Source: Candidatus Dadabacteria bacterium (GTDB taxonomy: Bacteria; Desulfobacterota_D; UBA1144; Nemesobacterales; Nemesobacteraceae). From it: DNA of 64,000 nucleotides. The stretch covers positions 7,200-71,199 of the forward strand of contig VXTZ01000026.1 of the NCBI GenBank assembly GCA_009837205.1, read 5' to 3'. The notes under the pieces are model-generated. The model worked only from the letters and a program-made list of their open reading frames with translations, did not search any database and was not told where the DNA came from. Positions 1-10,198 of this stretch are shown here, one piece after another; the first letter of the stretch is position 1; each line of letters opens with the position of its first letter. The position numbers were made by a program, and so were the translations under genes.

Positions 1-1
1 G

Positions 2-871
2 GCGGTCGCAGGAGTACCGTTTACCCCGACAACCGGCCCGAGGATAATCGTTCACAAAGACTACGATTATGAAACATGCGCGCAGGCACTCATAAAGAAA
101 CTGGTTGAAGTATGTTCTCTTAAAAGCCTCTCTTCAATACATTTTCTGTTCGTAACAGAAGAAGAGCAGGAACTGCTCTCTGACTGCGGATTTCTCTCAA
201 GACTCACTCACCAGTACCACTGGCATAATTCGGGTTATCTCTGTTTCGATGACTTTCTCGGAGACCTTCGCTCTGGAAGAAGAAAACAGATAAAGAAGGA
301 AAAACGCCGCCTCGGCGATCTGGGCGTTGAGATCTCGGTGCTTGAGAAAGAGCATATACAACGCGAGCACATAGACTCTATCTGGGAATTCTATGTGAAC
401 ACCAACTCGAGGAAATGGGGAAGCGCCTATCTTAACAGGGAGTTTTTCGACTCGGTGTTCGAGACGTACAGGGAAAAAACTGTACTTGTGATCGCGCAGA
501 TAGATGGCCATCCGGTCGGCGGCACCATAAATTTCAGAAAAGGCGACAAGCTCTACGGCAGGTACTGGGGATGCAACATAGAGATTCCGTACCTTCATTT
601 CGAGTGCTGTTACTACAGACCGATAGAGTTTGCCATAGATAACGGAATAAATGTCTTCGAGGCTGGCGCGCAGGGCGAACACAAGTTCCTCCGCGGTTTT
701 GAAGCGGTACCGGTTTACAGTTCCCATCTGTTTTTCAACCCCGGGGCGCAGAGATCCATAGACAACTTCCTTCGGGAAGAAAGACCCTACATGCGATCGC
801 TTATCTCTGAGTACAACAAACACTCCCCGCTTAAGCGGGCCCGCGGTGGCAAACCGGAAAAAATCGTATAA
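2..871 (+). CDS. GNAT/FemAB-like acetyltransferase-fold protein (DUF482/COG3146 type), 5' end outside window
   Basis: Reading frame is open from base 2 with no stop and runs into track ORF 338..871. Motifs GGTINFRKGDKLYGRYWG and FEAGAQGEHK resemble the DUF482 family. Confidence 0.55.
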   Translation, partial: AVAGVPFTPTTGPRIIVHKDYDYETCAQALIKKLVEVCSLKSLSSIHFLFVTEEEQELLSDCGFLSRLTHQYHWHNSGYLCFDDFLGDLRSGRRKQIKKEKRRLGDLGVEISVLEKEHIQREHIDSIWEFYVNTNSRKWGSAYLNREFFDSVFETYREKTVLVIAQIDGHPVGGTINFRKGDKLYGRYWGCNIEIPYLHFECCYYRPIEFAIDNGINVFEAGAQGEHKFLRGFEAVPVYSSHLFFNPGAQRSIDNFLREERPYMRSLISEYNKHSPLKRARGGKPEKIV

Positions 872-881
872 AATATTGCAC

Positions 882-1217
882 ATGTCTGAGCGCGAGAATC
901 CGACTCATACTAGGGACCCCCAGCAGGTCGTCAGGGAGGATATCCGGGTAAAAAGGCCGGATATGTATATGATAGTCCTGCTGAACGACGACTACACCCC
1001 GAGGGACTTTGTAGTCTGGGTTCTAATGAAAGTGTTCTTCAAAAATGAAAACGACAGCAGAACCATAATGCTCGAAGCTCACACCAAGGGAAAAAGCGTC
1101 GTCGACTGCTATACCTACGACATAGCTACCACGAAGATAAGACAGGTAAAAGACCTGGCGGAGAAATACGAACATCCGCTAAAATGCATACTTGAAATCC
1201 AAAAGGCGGGAAGTTGA
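882..1217 (+). CDS. clpS: ATP-dependent Clp protease adaptor ClpS
   Basis: Core YMIVLLNDDYTPRDFVVWVLMKVF...AHTKGKSVV is typical ClpS. I chose the ATG at 882 over the GTG at 846, which overlaps the upstream gene. Sits directly upstream of clpA. Confidence 0.9.
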   Translation: MSERENPTHTRDPQQVVREDIRVKRPDMYMIVLLNDDYTPRDFVVWVLMKVFFKNENDSRTIMLEAHTKGKSVVDCYTYDIATTKIRQVKDLAEKYEHPLKCILEIQKAGS

Positions 1218-1218
1218 C

Positions 1219-3474
1219 ATGGTGGCATCAGAAGAACTCGAAAAAACCCTCTACCGAGCCTACCAGCAGGCAAAAGACCGCAAGCACGAGTTTATCACAC
1301 CGGAGCATATACTCCTTGAACTCACAAGGGACAAAATCGCCGCGGAAGTGCTGATAGAATGCGACGTTGACACCGGGCTTCTCGCAAACGATCTTGAGGA
1401 GCACCTCACTAAAAACATATCCTCGATCGACTCCCCCCATCTCCCCGAACCGACCTACTCCGAAGGAAGCAAGTACATCTTCAGGGTGGCTTCAATGCAC
1501 GCCGAAAGCGCGGAAAAAAAAGAAATATCCGGGGCTAACATACTGGTCGCCATGTTCAGGGTTCCCGAATCGCACGCCGTGTACTTCCTGAACCGCCAGG
1601 GACTTACCCGGTTTGCCGTTATAAAGCAGGTATCCCACGGAAAAGGCGAGGAGGACGAAGAACAGCAGGAAAAACCGGCAACCACCAAGGAGCAACAGAA
1701 GGAAACAAAAAAGGCCGAGACCAAAAACCCCCTTGAGCTTTACTGCACGGACCTGATCGAAAAAGCCCGGAATGGAAGCATCGACCCCCTCATAGGAAGA
1801 GAGAAAGAGGTCCAGAGGATAATCCACATTCTCGGCAAGAGAAAAAAGAACAACCCCGTGCTTGTCGGGGACGCGGGGGTGGGGAAAACGGCGATCGTTG
1901 AAGGAGTGGCTCACCGCGTGGTTTCCGGGGAAGTCCCCGAAGCGATGAAAAACCTCAAGATACATCTTCTAAACATAGGAACCCTCACGGCCGGAACGAA
2001 ATACAGGGGAGACTTCGAGGAAAGGCTTAACGCCGTCATAGACGAAACCAAGAGGGACCCGGACAACGTGCTTTTCATAGACGAGATCCACACGGTCATA
2101 GGAGCCGGAGCAGTTTCCGGCGGAAGCCTTGACGCGTCTAACATGCTAAAGCCCGCCCTTGCCGGAGGAGACATAAAATGCATAGGAACGACGACGCTTA
2201 AGGAATACAGGATCATCTTCGAGAAAGACCACGCGCTTTCAAGAAGATTTCAGAGGGTAACCGTGGATGAGCCGTCGGTTGAGGATTGCGGAAAAATTCT
2301 GTTCGGACTTAAGCGCCATTACGAAAAATACCATAACGTGAAATACTCCCGGGGAGCGATAAGAGCGTGCATAGAACTCTCAGACAGGTACATAATGGAC
2401 AGAAAGCTTCCGGACAAGGCTATCGACATCATGGACGAAGCCGGAGCCGCCGTGAAGCTCCGCAACCCCGACCCCGAGATAACGAGACAGGTAAAAGTGT
2501 CCGACATGGAAAAGCTGGTCGCAAAGATCGCGAAAATCCCCACCAAGTCGGTAAAAGTCGAGGACCGAAACCTCCTCCACGACCTCGGGGACAATCTAAA
2601 AGAATTCATCTACGCCCAGGACGAAGCCATAGACAAACTGGTAAACGCCATACAGATGTCGCGAGCCGGCATAAGCGAGCCGGAAAAGCCCGTGGGCTCT
2701 TTCATGTTCTCAGGACCTACGGGAGTTGGTAAAACGGAGCTTGCGAAAAAGCTCGCAGAGATCCTTGGGGTTGAATTCATACGCTTCGACATGAGCGAAT
2801 ACATGGAAAAACACACCGTCTCCCGCCTCATAGGCTCGCCGCCGGGATATGTCGGCTATGACCAGGGAGGACAGCTTACCGAAGCCATATACAAATCTCC
2901 TCACTGCGTCCTTCTACTCGATGAGATCGAGAAGGCGCACGAGGACATATACAACATACTGCTTCAGGTGATGGACCACGCGACGCTCACGGATTCAAAC
3001 GGAAGGAAGGTGGACTTCCGCCAGGTAATTCTGATTCTGACGACGAACACCGGTTCGAGGGAAAGCATGAACAGGAACGTCGGGTTCGCGAAAAAAGAGT
3101 TTGAGGATAAAAGCCCGGAAGCCATAGACAAGTACTTCTCTCCGGAATTCAGAAACAGGCTGAATGAAATCATCAGGTTTAACCCTCTTGATATAAAAAT
3201 AGTGGAGAGAATAGTCGACAAGATGATCGGAGAGCTTCAGCAGAGGCTCGTCCCGAAAAAAGTAACGATCAGCCTCACGCCGGAAGCGAGGCTTTTTCTC
3301 GCACGCAAGGGCTATGATCCCCAGCTCGGCGCAAGACCCGTGCAGAGAGTAATAAACTCCGAGGTGGCGGAGAAGCTTTCAAAGGAAATTCTCTTCGGCG
3401 AACTCTCAGGCGGCGGCAAGGCGATTGTCTCCCTTGAAGATGAACAGATAGTTCTTCGAGCGGAAACTGACTGA
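1219..3474 (+). CDS. clpA: ATP-dependent Clp protease ATP-binding subunit ClpA
   Basis: Two AAA+ modules with Walker A motifs GDAGVGKT and GPTGVGKT. Has a Clp N-domain, ~750 aa and no ClpB middle domain. ATG at 1219 lies just after the clpS stop. Confidence 0.9.
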   Translation: MVASEELEKTLYRAYQQAKDRKHEFITPEHILLELTRDKIAAEVLIECDVDTGLLANDLEEHLTKNISSIDSPHLPEPTYSEGSKYIFRVASMHAESAEKKEISGANILVAMFRVPESHAVYFLNRQGLTRFAVIKQVSHGKGEEDEEQQEKPATTKEQQKETKKAETKNPLELYCTDLIEKARNGSIDPLIGREKEVQRIIHILGKRKKNNPVLVGDAGVGKTAIVEGVAHRVVSGEVPEAMKNLKIHLLNIGTLTAGTKYRGDFEERLNAVIDETKRDPDNVLFIDEIHTVIGAGAVSGGSLDASNMLKPALAGGDIKCIGTTTLKEYRIIFEKDHALSRRFQRVTVDEPSVEDCGKILFGLKRHYEKYHNVKYSRGAIRACIELSDRYIMDRKLPDKAIDIMDEAGAAVKLRNPDPEITRQVKVSDMEKLVAKIAKIPTKSVKVEDRNLLHDLGDNLKEFIYAQDEAIDKLVNAIQMSRAGISEPEKPVGSFMFSGPTGVGKTELAKKLAEILGVEFIRFDMSEYMEKHTVSRLIGSPPGYVGYDQGGQLTEAIYKSPHCVLLLDEIEKAHEDIYNILLQVMDHATLTDSNGRKVDFRQVILILTTNTGSRESMNRNVGFAKKEFEDKSPEAIDKYFSPEFRNRLNEIIRFNPLDIKIVERIVDKMIGELQQRLVPKKVTISLTPEARLFLARKGYDPQLGARPVQRVINSEVAEKLSKEILFGELSGGGKAIVSLEDEQIVLRAETD

Positions 3475-3520
3475 ACCGCTTCCGGAGCGCACGCCGCGGC
3501 GGAGAGCGGCCAGAAAACCC

Positions 3521-4543
3521 ATGATCTCCATAGGCGAAACTGCTAACAAAATGGTCCAGTACGTGCTTCCCGAACACTCCAACAATCACGGGACCCTGCA
3601 CGGCGGAATACTCATGGACTGGATTATGCTCACTGCCAGCATCACGTCTTTTAAGTTCGCAAACGGGCCTGCGGTCCTGGGAGCCACAGACAGCATAGAT
3701 TTTCTTAACCCAGTAAAGATCGGGGAGATAGTAGTTCTTGAAAGCTGGGTTGAGTACGCGGGAAACTCGTCCATTGAAGTCGCGGTACGCGTGCACTCAG
3801 AAAACGGGGAAACCGAAGAGAAAAAGCTTATAACCCTCTCCTATATGGCCTTCGTCGCCGTGGACGAAAATGTAGGACCGAGAAAAATAGAAGCAAAACT
3901 AAGCGCGTCCAGCACGGTTGAGCGGGAGATCATAACCTTGGCCGAGGAAAGAAAGGTGCGAAGACTTCCGGAGATAAAAAGAAGGAAAAGAAATCTCTCC
4001 AACGTAGCGGATGAGACGGAAAGTTCGAGGCTTATTTTCAATACCACCAAAATGGTGCTCCCGGAAGACGCCTTCTACGGGAAATTCATGTCCGTAGGAA
4101 AGCTCATGAAGTACATTGATGAGAGCGCCGCCATTTTGGCGAAAAGGTTTACCAAAGGTGTTCTGGTTACGGGATCTCTTGACGACCTTTTCTTCTACTC
4201 GCCGCTTAATGTAGGGAATTTGATTGAATTCAAGGCGGGTATCACCCATGTGGGGACAAGGTCGCTTGAATTGGCGATCAAGGTTGATTCGTATGATACC
4301 CAGACCGGAGAGTCATCCCACGCGTGCACGGCGTTTCTCACCTACGTGAAAGTCGACGAAGCCGGAAACCCCGTCCCGGTCCCCGAGTTCACCCCTGAAA
4401 CTCCCTACGAAATCCGCCTCTGGAAAGAAGCGGAAAAAAGGAAGGTAAAGAGAAAAGCGAGGGTGGAGAGAGCCAAAAGTCTTGCCGATGATTACCTAAA
4501 CGAATACAAAAAAGTAAGCTCAAGATCAGAGAAGAAAAGTTAA
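3521..4543 (+). CDS. acyl-CoA thioesterase with two tandem hotdog domains
   Basis: N-terminal NNHGTLHGGILMDWI motif of acyl-CoA hydrolases. A second hotdog-like half follows (LPEDAFYGKFMSVGKLMKYIDESA), then a Lys-rich tail. Confidence 0.7.
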   Translation: MISIGETANKMVQYVLPEHSNNHGTLHGGILMDWIMLTASITSFKFANGPAVLGATDSIDFLNPVKIGEIVVLESWVEYAGNSSIEVAVRVHSENGETEEKKLITLSYMAFVAVDENVGPRKIEAKLSASSTVEREIITLAEERKVRRLPEIKRRKRNLSNVADETESSRLIFNTTKMVLPEDAFYGKFMSVGKLMKYIDESAAILAKRFTKGVLVTGSLDDLFFYSPLNVGNLIEFKAGITHVGTRSLELAIKVDSYDTQTGESSHACTAFLTYVKVDEAGNPVPVPEFTPETPYEIRLWKEAEKRKVKRKARVERAKSLADDYLNEYKKVSSRSEKKS

Positions 4544-4618
4544 TTGTCTTCTCCGGCGGAATTTAAAATCCGTTTTTTCCCATCCCCGGAGTAAGCACAC
4601 AGCCACGGCGGCAGGATT

Positions 4619-5431
4619 ATGGAAGAGAGAAAAAACTGGCCAATAGGGATTTTTGACTCGGGAATAGGAGGACTTACGGTCTCAAAGGAGATAATGAACC
4701 TTCTTTGCGAGGAGAATATCGTATATCTCGGCGACACGGCCAGAGTCCCTTATGGAACGAAATCCCAAAGAACCGTAAGAAAATACGTTGAGAGCACCAC
4801 TAATTTCCTTCTATCAAAGAACATAAAGCTCCTGGTCGTGGCGTGTAACACCGCGTCTGCCTACGCGATAGAAATGCTGAAAGAAAATCTCGAAATTCCC
4901 GTTGTGGGAGTGGTGGAACCGGGAGCGAAAAGGGCCTCGGAACTCACTGTTAACGGAAAAATAGGGGTAATAGGAACCCAGGCGACCATAAAAAGCGGCT
5001 CCTATGAGAAAAAACTGCGGGAAATCTGCTCCTCTTCAATAGAGATACACTCAAAACCCTGCCCGCTTTTCGTCCCGCTTGCAGAGGAAGGATGGGAAAA
5101 TGATGAAACCGCCGTCCTTATAGCCGAGAAGTATCTTGGAGATCTTAGGGAATCCGGAATAGATGTGCTGATACTAGGCTGCACACACTACCCTATTCTT
5201 AAAAACACGATCGCCGGGGTTATGGGAGAAGGGATAAGTCTTGTCGACTCAGCTGAAGAAACCGCAAAGCAGACCGAAAACATACTAAGATCTCAGGAGT
5301 TGCTTAGAGAAGACGGCAAGGCGCGGGAGATGTCGTTTTACCTTACCGACGATTCGGAAACCTTTACCTCAATCGCATCCAGGTTCCTCGGCAGACCCAT
5401 GGAAAAAACGGAAGTCGTCGATATAGTGTGA
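4619..5431 (+). CDS. murI: glutamate racemase
   Basis: IGIFDSGIGGLTV, VVACNTAS and LGCTHYP motifs containing both catalytic Cys residues. Confidence 0.9.
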   Translation: MEERKNWPIGIFDSGIGGLTVSKEIMNLLCEENIVYLGDTARVPYGTKSQRTVRKYVESTTNFLLSKNIKLLVVACNTASAYAIEMLKENLEIPVVGVVEPGAKRASELTVNGKIGVIGTQATIKSGSYEKKLREICSSSIEIHSKPCPLFVPLAEEGWENDETAVLIAEKYLGDLRESGIDVLILGCTHYPILKNTIAGVMGEGISLVDSAEETAKQTENILRSQELLREDGKAREMSFYLTDDSETFTSIASRFLGRPMEKTEVVDIV

Positions 5432-5440
5432 CGGGTTCCG

Positions 5441-6424
5441 CTACTCGGACAAGGCTTTTTTGAGTTCCTCAGTAAGCGGGGGAAGAACTTGGAAAAGGTC
5501 TCCGCAGATTCCATAATCGGATTTCGCGAAAATCGGGGCTTCCGGATCCTTGTTTATGGAAACTATCACTTTTGATGAACCCATGCCGGAGAAATGCTGT
5601 ACCGAACCGGATATGGCAACCGCGACGTAAAGCACTGGAGACACCGCCTTTCCGGTCTGACCGACCTGCATGTCATATGGACAGTAACCCGCGTCGACTG
5701 CGGCTCTTGTCGCCCCAGCGGCCGCGCCAAGCAGATCCGCGAGATCGTATATGTGATTGAAATTCTCCTCGCTTCCAAGTCCTCTGCCGCCGGAAACCAC
5801 CCTCTCGGCCTCGGTAAGCTCGGGCCGGTCAGATTCCTTGGTTTTCATTTCAATGACTTTGATCTTTATGTCGGCATCCGTAACCCCTGCATCTTCGTTC
5901 ACTACCTGCACTGCACCGGCCGACTCTTCCTCCTTAAAGGAATTGGGCCTTACGGTGGCGATCATCGCGCTTCCGTCGCCGTTGAATTCCTGTGTGGATA
6001 TCGCCCTGCTTGAGTGTGAATACCTTTTTATCTTAAGCCTTCCGTCGTCGGTCATGCCTATATCTACGCAGTCCATGGCAAGCCCCGAACCCACGCCAGA
6101 AGCGACTCTGGGCATGTAATCCTCGGCGAAAGCCGTGTTGCCTGAGAGCACAACCGCCGGAGAGTGTTTCTTTATAAGTTCGCAAAGGGCTTTCACGTAA
6201 CCGTCAGGATTAAAATCCTTGAGGTTGGGGTTATCCACCACGTAGACTTTCTCCGCTCCGTAGCTTGCAAGCTCAGAAGCCCTGTCCGAAACGCCGCTTC
6301 CGAGCAGCACTGCGCAGACAGAACCTGCAAGTTTTCTTCTGGCCTCGGAAAGAACCTCAAACGTCACCTTTCTTATCTGTCCGTCAGCCTTTATATCAGC
6401 AACAACCCAGATTTCACTACTCAT
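5441..6424 (-). CDS. etfA: electron transfer flavoprotein subunit alpha
   Basis: C-terminal FAD-binding region VVSGGRG...QVGQTGKAVSPVLYVAVAISGSVQH. Paired with etfB immediately upstream on the same strand. Confidence 0.9.
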   Translation of the reverse strand: MSSEIWVVADIKADGQIRKVTFEVLSEARRKLAGSVCAVLLGSGVSDRASELASYGAEKVYVVDNPNLKDFNPDGYVKALCELIKKHSPAVVLSGNTAFAEDYMPRVASGVGSGLAMDCVDIGMTDDGRLKIKRYSHSSRAISTQEFNGDGSAMIATVRPNSFKEEESAGAVQVVNEDAGVTDADIKIKVIEMKTKESDRPELTEAERVVSGGRGLGSEENFNHIYDLADLLGAAAGATRAAVDAGYCPYDMQVGQTGKAVSPVLYVAVAISGSVQHFSGMGSSKVIVSINKDPEAPIFAKSDYGICGDLFQVLPPLTEELKKALSE

Positions 6425-6479
6425 TTAATTCAAGCCTCCTAGCGATACTTTCTGATAAAGCAATCCCGAATATTCCGGA

Positions 6480-7322
6480 TTATATGACCTTCGCGTCATC
6501 TCTTAAAAGCTTAACGAGTTCCTTTGCGGACTCGGCAATCTCGTCTCCCTTGACCGTAGCCTCGTCACTTCCCTTTATGATTCTCAGCTTTCTCTCCACC
6601 TCGGGAACCTCAAGACTCACTGTTTTTATCTTCGCCCCGGACTTGCCCACGGCATCCCTGCTGATGCCGAGAGAACCGAAATCCACATCGTCTAGGGAAA
6701 CGATTTTCATCGGTTTTCTCTTCGCCTTCATTATGTTGGGAACGGACGCGTAGCGGGGCTCGTTCATAGCGTCGGGACAAGTTATAAGGACCGGGAGAGA
6801 TACCTCGACGGAAACGCTTCCGCCATCGATCTCTTTCTGGCAGACAAGTTTTTTCTCATCCGGCTTTACGTCAATTACTTTGCTTACAAGCGCAAGGTGC
6901 GCAATCCCCAGTTCTTCGGCTATTTGTATGCCCACCTGCACGGATTCCTCGTCAATGATCTTCATCCCCGTGAAAATCAGGTCCACCCCCTCGATATTCC
7001 CAAGTTCCGACGCGACTAGTTTTGAAATGACAAGGGAGTCAACGGTCTCCCCGAGAGCTTCATCCGAGATATGGACCGCGGAATCGGCGCCCATCGCAAG
7101 CCCCTGAAGCAACGCCTGTGAAGCGCGTTGCGGGCCCGCTGTGATCAGAACAACTTCTCCCCCGTATGCTTCCTTGGTCCTGATGGCCTCCTCAACGGCG
7201 AACTCATCGTATGGATTCATGATCCACTTCATGCCTTCTGTGTCTATGGAATCGCCGGAGGAACCGACCTTTATCCTTGCTTCGGTGTCCTGCGTCTGTG
7301 TTATAAAAACCACTATCTTCAC
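6480..7322 (-). CDS. etfB: electron transfer flavoprotein subunit beta
   Basis: MKIVVFI...NPYDEFAVEEAIR...GADSAVHISD pattern of EtfB, adjacent to etfA. Confidence 0.9.
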   Translation of the reverse strand: MKIVVFITQTQDTEARIKVGSSGDSIDTEGMKWIMNPYDEFAVEEAIRTKEAYGGEVVLITAGPQRASQALLQGLAMGADSAVHISDEALGETVDSLVISKLVASELGNIEGVDLIFTGMKIIDEESVQVGIQIAEELGIAHLALVSKVIDVKPDEKKLVCQKEIDGGSVSVEVSLPVLITCPDAMNEPRYASVPNIMKAKRKPMKIVSLDDVDFGSLGISRDAVGKSGAKIKTVSLEVPEVERKLRIIKGSDEATVKGDEIAESAKELVKLLRDDAKVI

Positions 7323-7552
7323 CTGATACTACCTCCATGCTGGACTGATTTAATCGAGATGTAAATCTTATAAAGAAAAAGCAGCTAAAGAACCCACTCC
7401 TTGTTAAGCGTATCATTATAAATACTAGGGAATTGCTGTCAAGAACAGAAAGCCCCCTGCAGAGAGTTATCCTCGGAGAAAAACCCCATTTCCCCACCCG
7501 CACCGCAGGCGCCCGGAATCATCAATCGTTGTTCCGAGGCTCAGGAGCACTG

Positions 7553-9466
7553 CTATAGATCAGTTCGATAGAGGTAGCGGATATCCCAAAGCCCGTACAA
7601 CGTGGGCGTCGTGTTGCCGAAGATGTTTCGGACTGCGGTCAGCCGTTCCGAATGCGTTGTGTAGATGAGCGGCACGTTCTCGGCAACGATTTCCTGAGCA
7701 CGGTGGTATAGCGCTATGCGTTCGTTACGATTCAGTTCCTGGCTCGCCCTTATGTAAAGACTATCTATTTCGGCTTCCCAGTCCGTTGCCGGCTGCATCT
7801 GATTCGGATACCAAAGGTGCAGATTCTCACTGCTATGCCAGACATTAATGCCGCCATGAGGGTCCGGCCCCCCGCTTAAGCCAATGACTATAGCTTCCCA
7901 GTCATAAGAGCGTGTCAACTGGGAAACGAGTTCGCCGAACTCGATCAGTCTGAAATCCGCCTTGATACCGACCTCCTCAAGATTCTGTTGGATGATCTTT
8001 CCAATCCTTTCACGTACGTTGGCCTGGGTTTGGGTTACCAGAGAAAACGCAATCGTATTACCTGCTTCGTCTTCACGAATCCCGTCCCCGTCGGTATCAA
8101 CCCAGCCGAGATTATCTAGGATGCGGTTGGCTTCGGCGATGTCGTACTCGTACCGTCGCACGTTGGGATTGTGAAAGTCACCTGCGGCCGGACTGATGGA
8201 GGACCACTTCGGGTAGCCGAGTCCATGCTGTACGTCGCGTATGATCGCGTCTTTGTCAACGATGTGTGCGACAGCCTGGCGGAACTGCGTATTCCGGAAC
8301 CACTTAAGCTTGGTGGCCGCTACATAGGGTTCCATTGTATCCGGGTTTTGGTCGGGGTTCATGTTAAAAGCCAGAAATGTCGACCCGAAGTTGGGACCTC
8401 TCCTGTGGATAGTGAAATTCCCCTCCGCCTGCAGCGGTTCGAGTTCCGCGAATTCCTCGCCCAGCACACCATGAATGTCTGAGTCCCCTTCCTTGAACCT
8501 AGCGAGTTCGGTCTCTAGGGACGGGACGATAAGGTGAACGATTTTGTCCAGGTACGGCAGACTGTTGCCCGTTTCATCCTTTAACCAGTAGTTCGGGTTG
8601 CGGCTCAGGACCAAGCGTTCCCCGGGGACATAGCGTTCGATGGTAAAGGGACCGGTGCCGATGACTTCGGCCGGCTCCGTGTCTATACCCCATACCTCGT
8701 TGAAAGTGCCGTCGTCCACGTACGGCTCCAGAATATGCTTGGGATAGATAGCGGTACCCATGGAGCGCAGGAACGGTGCAAACGGCACCGGCAAGACGCA
8801 CTGTACCGTATAGTCGTCAAGCGCCGTAACGGTCATCCTCTCCTGCGTCCAAGTTCCTGTAGCCTCGTCCAGAAACCGGAAGTTGAACGTTGCCCCGGCG
8901 CTGGATTTTATGTCCTCGTTGTATACGATGCGGTTGAAGGTGAACTCCACGTCATGCGCCGTAAAAGGTGTTCCGTCGTGCCAAGTCACGTCCTTGCGCA
9001 GGGAAAAAGTCCAGGTCAGACCGTCATCCGAATGGGTCCAAGACTCGGCCAGCAACGGTTTGACTTCGTCAGTGAGCCACGAGGTCTCGGTCAGGCCCTC
9101 GAAGAGATACCCCAGAACTCCTGTCGACCCGGTATCGTTCGCAATAGCCAAGTTCAGGGTAAGCGGCTTGGAGGTGGTCGCGACCGTCAGCACCCCACCG
9201 GTCTTGCCAATCGTGTACTCAAACGCCTCGGCATTTCTTCTGAGCTGGTCGGCAATGCTGCCCGGGCGGTCGCTGTCGTGCAAGCAGGCAAGCAAGGCCA
9301 GCGTTGCGAAAACGGCTAAAGCGGCAAAAAGAACACCGGTCTGAGCGCATGACCGCAGTAATTGTCTTCCTCTGTGGAGTACACGGCCTCCAACAAGCTT
9401 GCTACGCCAAGAACTGCCGGGAAAAATGTAAGTTTTTAACTTTCGTTGTTGAGACATATCTTTCAC
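7553..9466 (-). CDS. ABC-transporter substrate-binding protein, family 5 (peptide/nickel type), probable lipoprotein
   Basis: About 630 aa with family-5 SBP features (VTWHDGTPFTAHDVEFTF, RNPNYW) and an N-terminal hydrophobic segment ending LALLAC (lipobox-like). The start codon is uncertain. No permease or ATPase genes lie nearby. Confidence 0.75.
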   Translation of the reverse strand: MKDMSQQRKLKTYIFPGSSWRSKLVGGRVLHRGRQLLRSCAQTGVLFAALAVFATLALLACLHDSDRPGSIADQLRRNAEAFEYTIGKTGGVLTVATTSKPLTLNLAIANDTGSTGVLGYLFEGLTETSWLTDEVKPLLAESWTHSDDGLTWTFSLRKDVTWHDGTPFTAHDVEFTFNRIVYNEDIKSSAGATFNFRFLDEATGTWTQERMTVTALDDYTVQCVLPVPFAPFLRSMGTAIYPKHILEPYVDDGTFNEVWGIDTEPAEVIGTGPFTIERYVPGERLVLSRNPNYWLKDETGNSLPYLDKIVHLIVPSLETELARFKEGDSDIHGVLGEEFAELEPLQAEGNFTIHRRGPNFGSTFLAFNMNPDQNPDTMEPYVAATKLKWFRNTQFRQAVAHIVDKDAIIRDVQHGLGYPKWSSISPAAGDFHNPNVRRYEYDIAEANRILDNLGWVDTDGDGIREDEAGNTIAFSLVTQTQANVRERIGKIIQQNLEEVGIKADFRLIEFGELVSQLTRSYDWEAIVIGLSGGPDPHGGINVWHSSENLHLWYPNQMQPATDWEAEIDSLYIRASQELNRNERIALYHRAQEIVAENVPLIYTTHSERLTAVRNIFGNTTPTLYGLWDIRYLYRTDL

Positions 9467-9738
9467 TCCATTTTCAAGTTGCTTATCTTGTCTTAACGAC
9501 AGATCATTTTACAATATCACACATTCTAGAGTATTTCGAAATTGAGCTTCACTGTCAGTACCAACCAGAAGCTAAGCGTTATATTAATCCTATCAAACAT
9601 TCTGCAGACGGAAGACACTTCTTTAAGGCGATAACCCCAGCAGGTCGTTTGACCCGTGATGTCGCCGCCATATTATGGTATAGACTTATATAAAAATGAA
9701 TCGGCATGGTTTTCGATCTGAGAAAGGAGATCCCGAAG

Positions 9739-10191
9739 ATGAAGATCGCTGTTGGAAGTGATGAAAAAAACGCTCTTACCGACGAGGTAATAGAAGAGCT
9801 TCGCAAAAGAGACATGGACGTTGAGCTCTTCGGACCGCTTGCGGATGAAAACGTGGAATGGGCGGAAGTCGCAGAGCAGGTGGCCGAGAAGGTCTCTGAA
9901 AAAGAGTGCGACCAGGGAATACTGTTCTGCTCGACGGGAACGGGGGTAAGCATTGCCGCGAACAAGGTTCCCGGAATACGGGCAGCCCTGTGCACGGATT
10001 CAAAGACGGCCGCGGGCGCGCGCATGTGGAACGACGCGAACATACTTGCCATGAGCCTGCGTCTGATATCCCCCGACGTAGCGAAGGAAATCCTCGACGC
10101 GTGGTTCCAGAGCGAACCGGACCCCTCTGAGAAGGAAAACATAGAAAAAGTAGCCGGAATCGAATCAAAGTATCGCAGCCGGACAGACTGA
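9739..10191 (+). CDS. rpiB: ribose-5-phosphate isomerase B (RpiB/LacA/LacB family)
   Basis: MKIAVGSD...CSTGTGVSIAANKVPGIRAAL motif. ATG at 9739 is preceded by AGGAGA at 9725..9730. Confidence 0.85.
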   Translation: MKIAVGSDEKNALTDEVIEELRKRDMDVELFGPLADENVEWAEVAEQVAEKVSEKECDQGILFCSTGTGVSIAANKVPGIRAALCTDSKTAAGARMWNDANILAMSLRLISPDVAKEILDAWFQSEPDPSEKENIEKVAGIESKYRSRTD

Positions 10192-10198
10192 CAGGAAA

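Noticed and set aside
197-883. 228-aa minus-strand ORF overlapping the first gene
   Set aside because: It lies entirely antisense to a well-supported + strand CDS (DUF482-like) and has no recognisable motifs. This is a typical shadow ORF.
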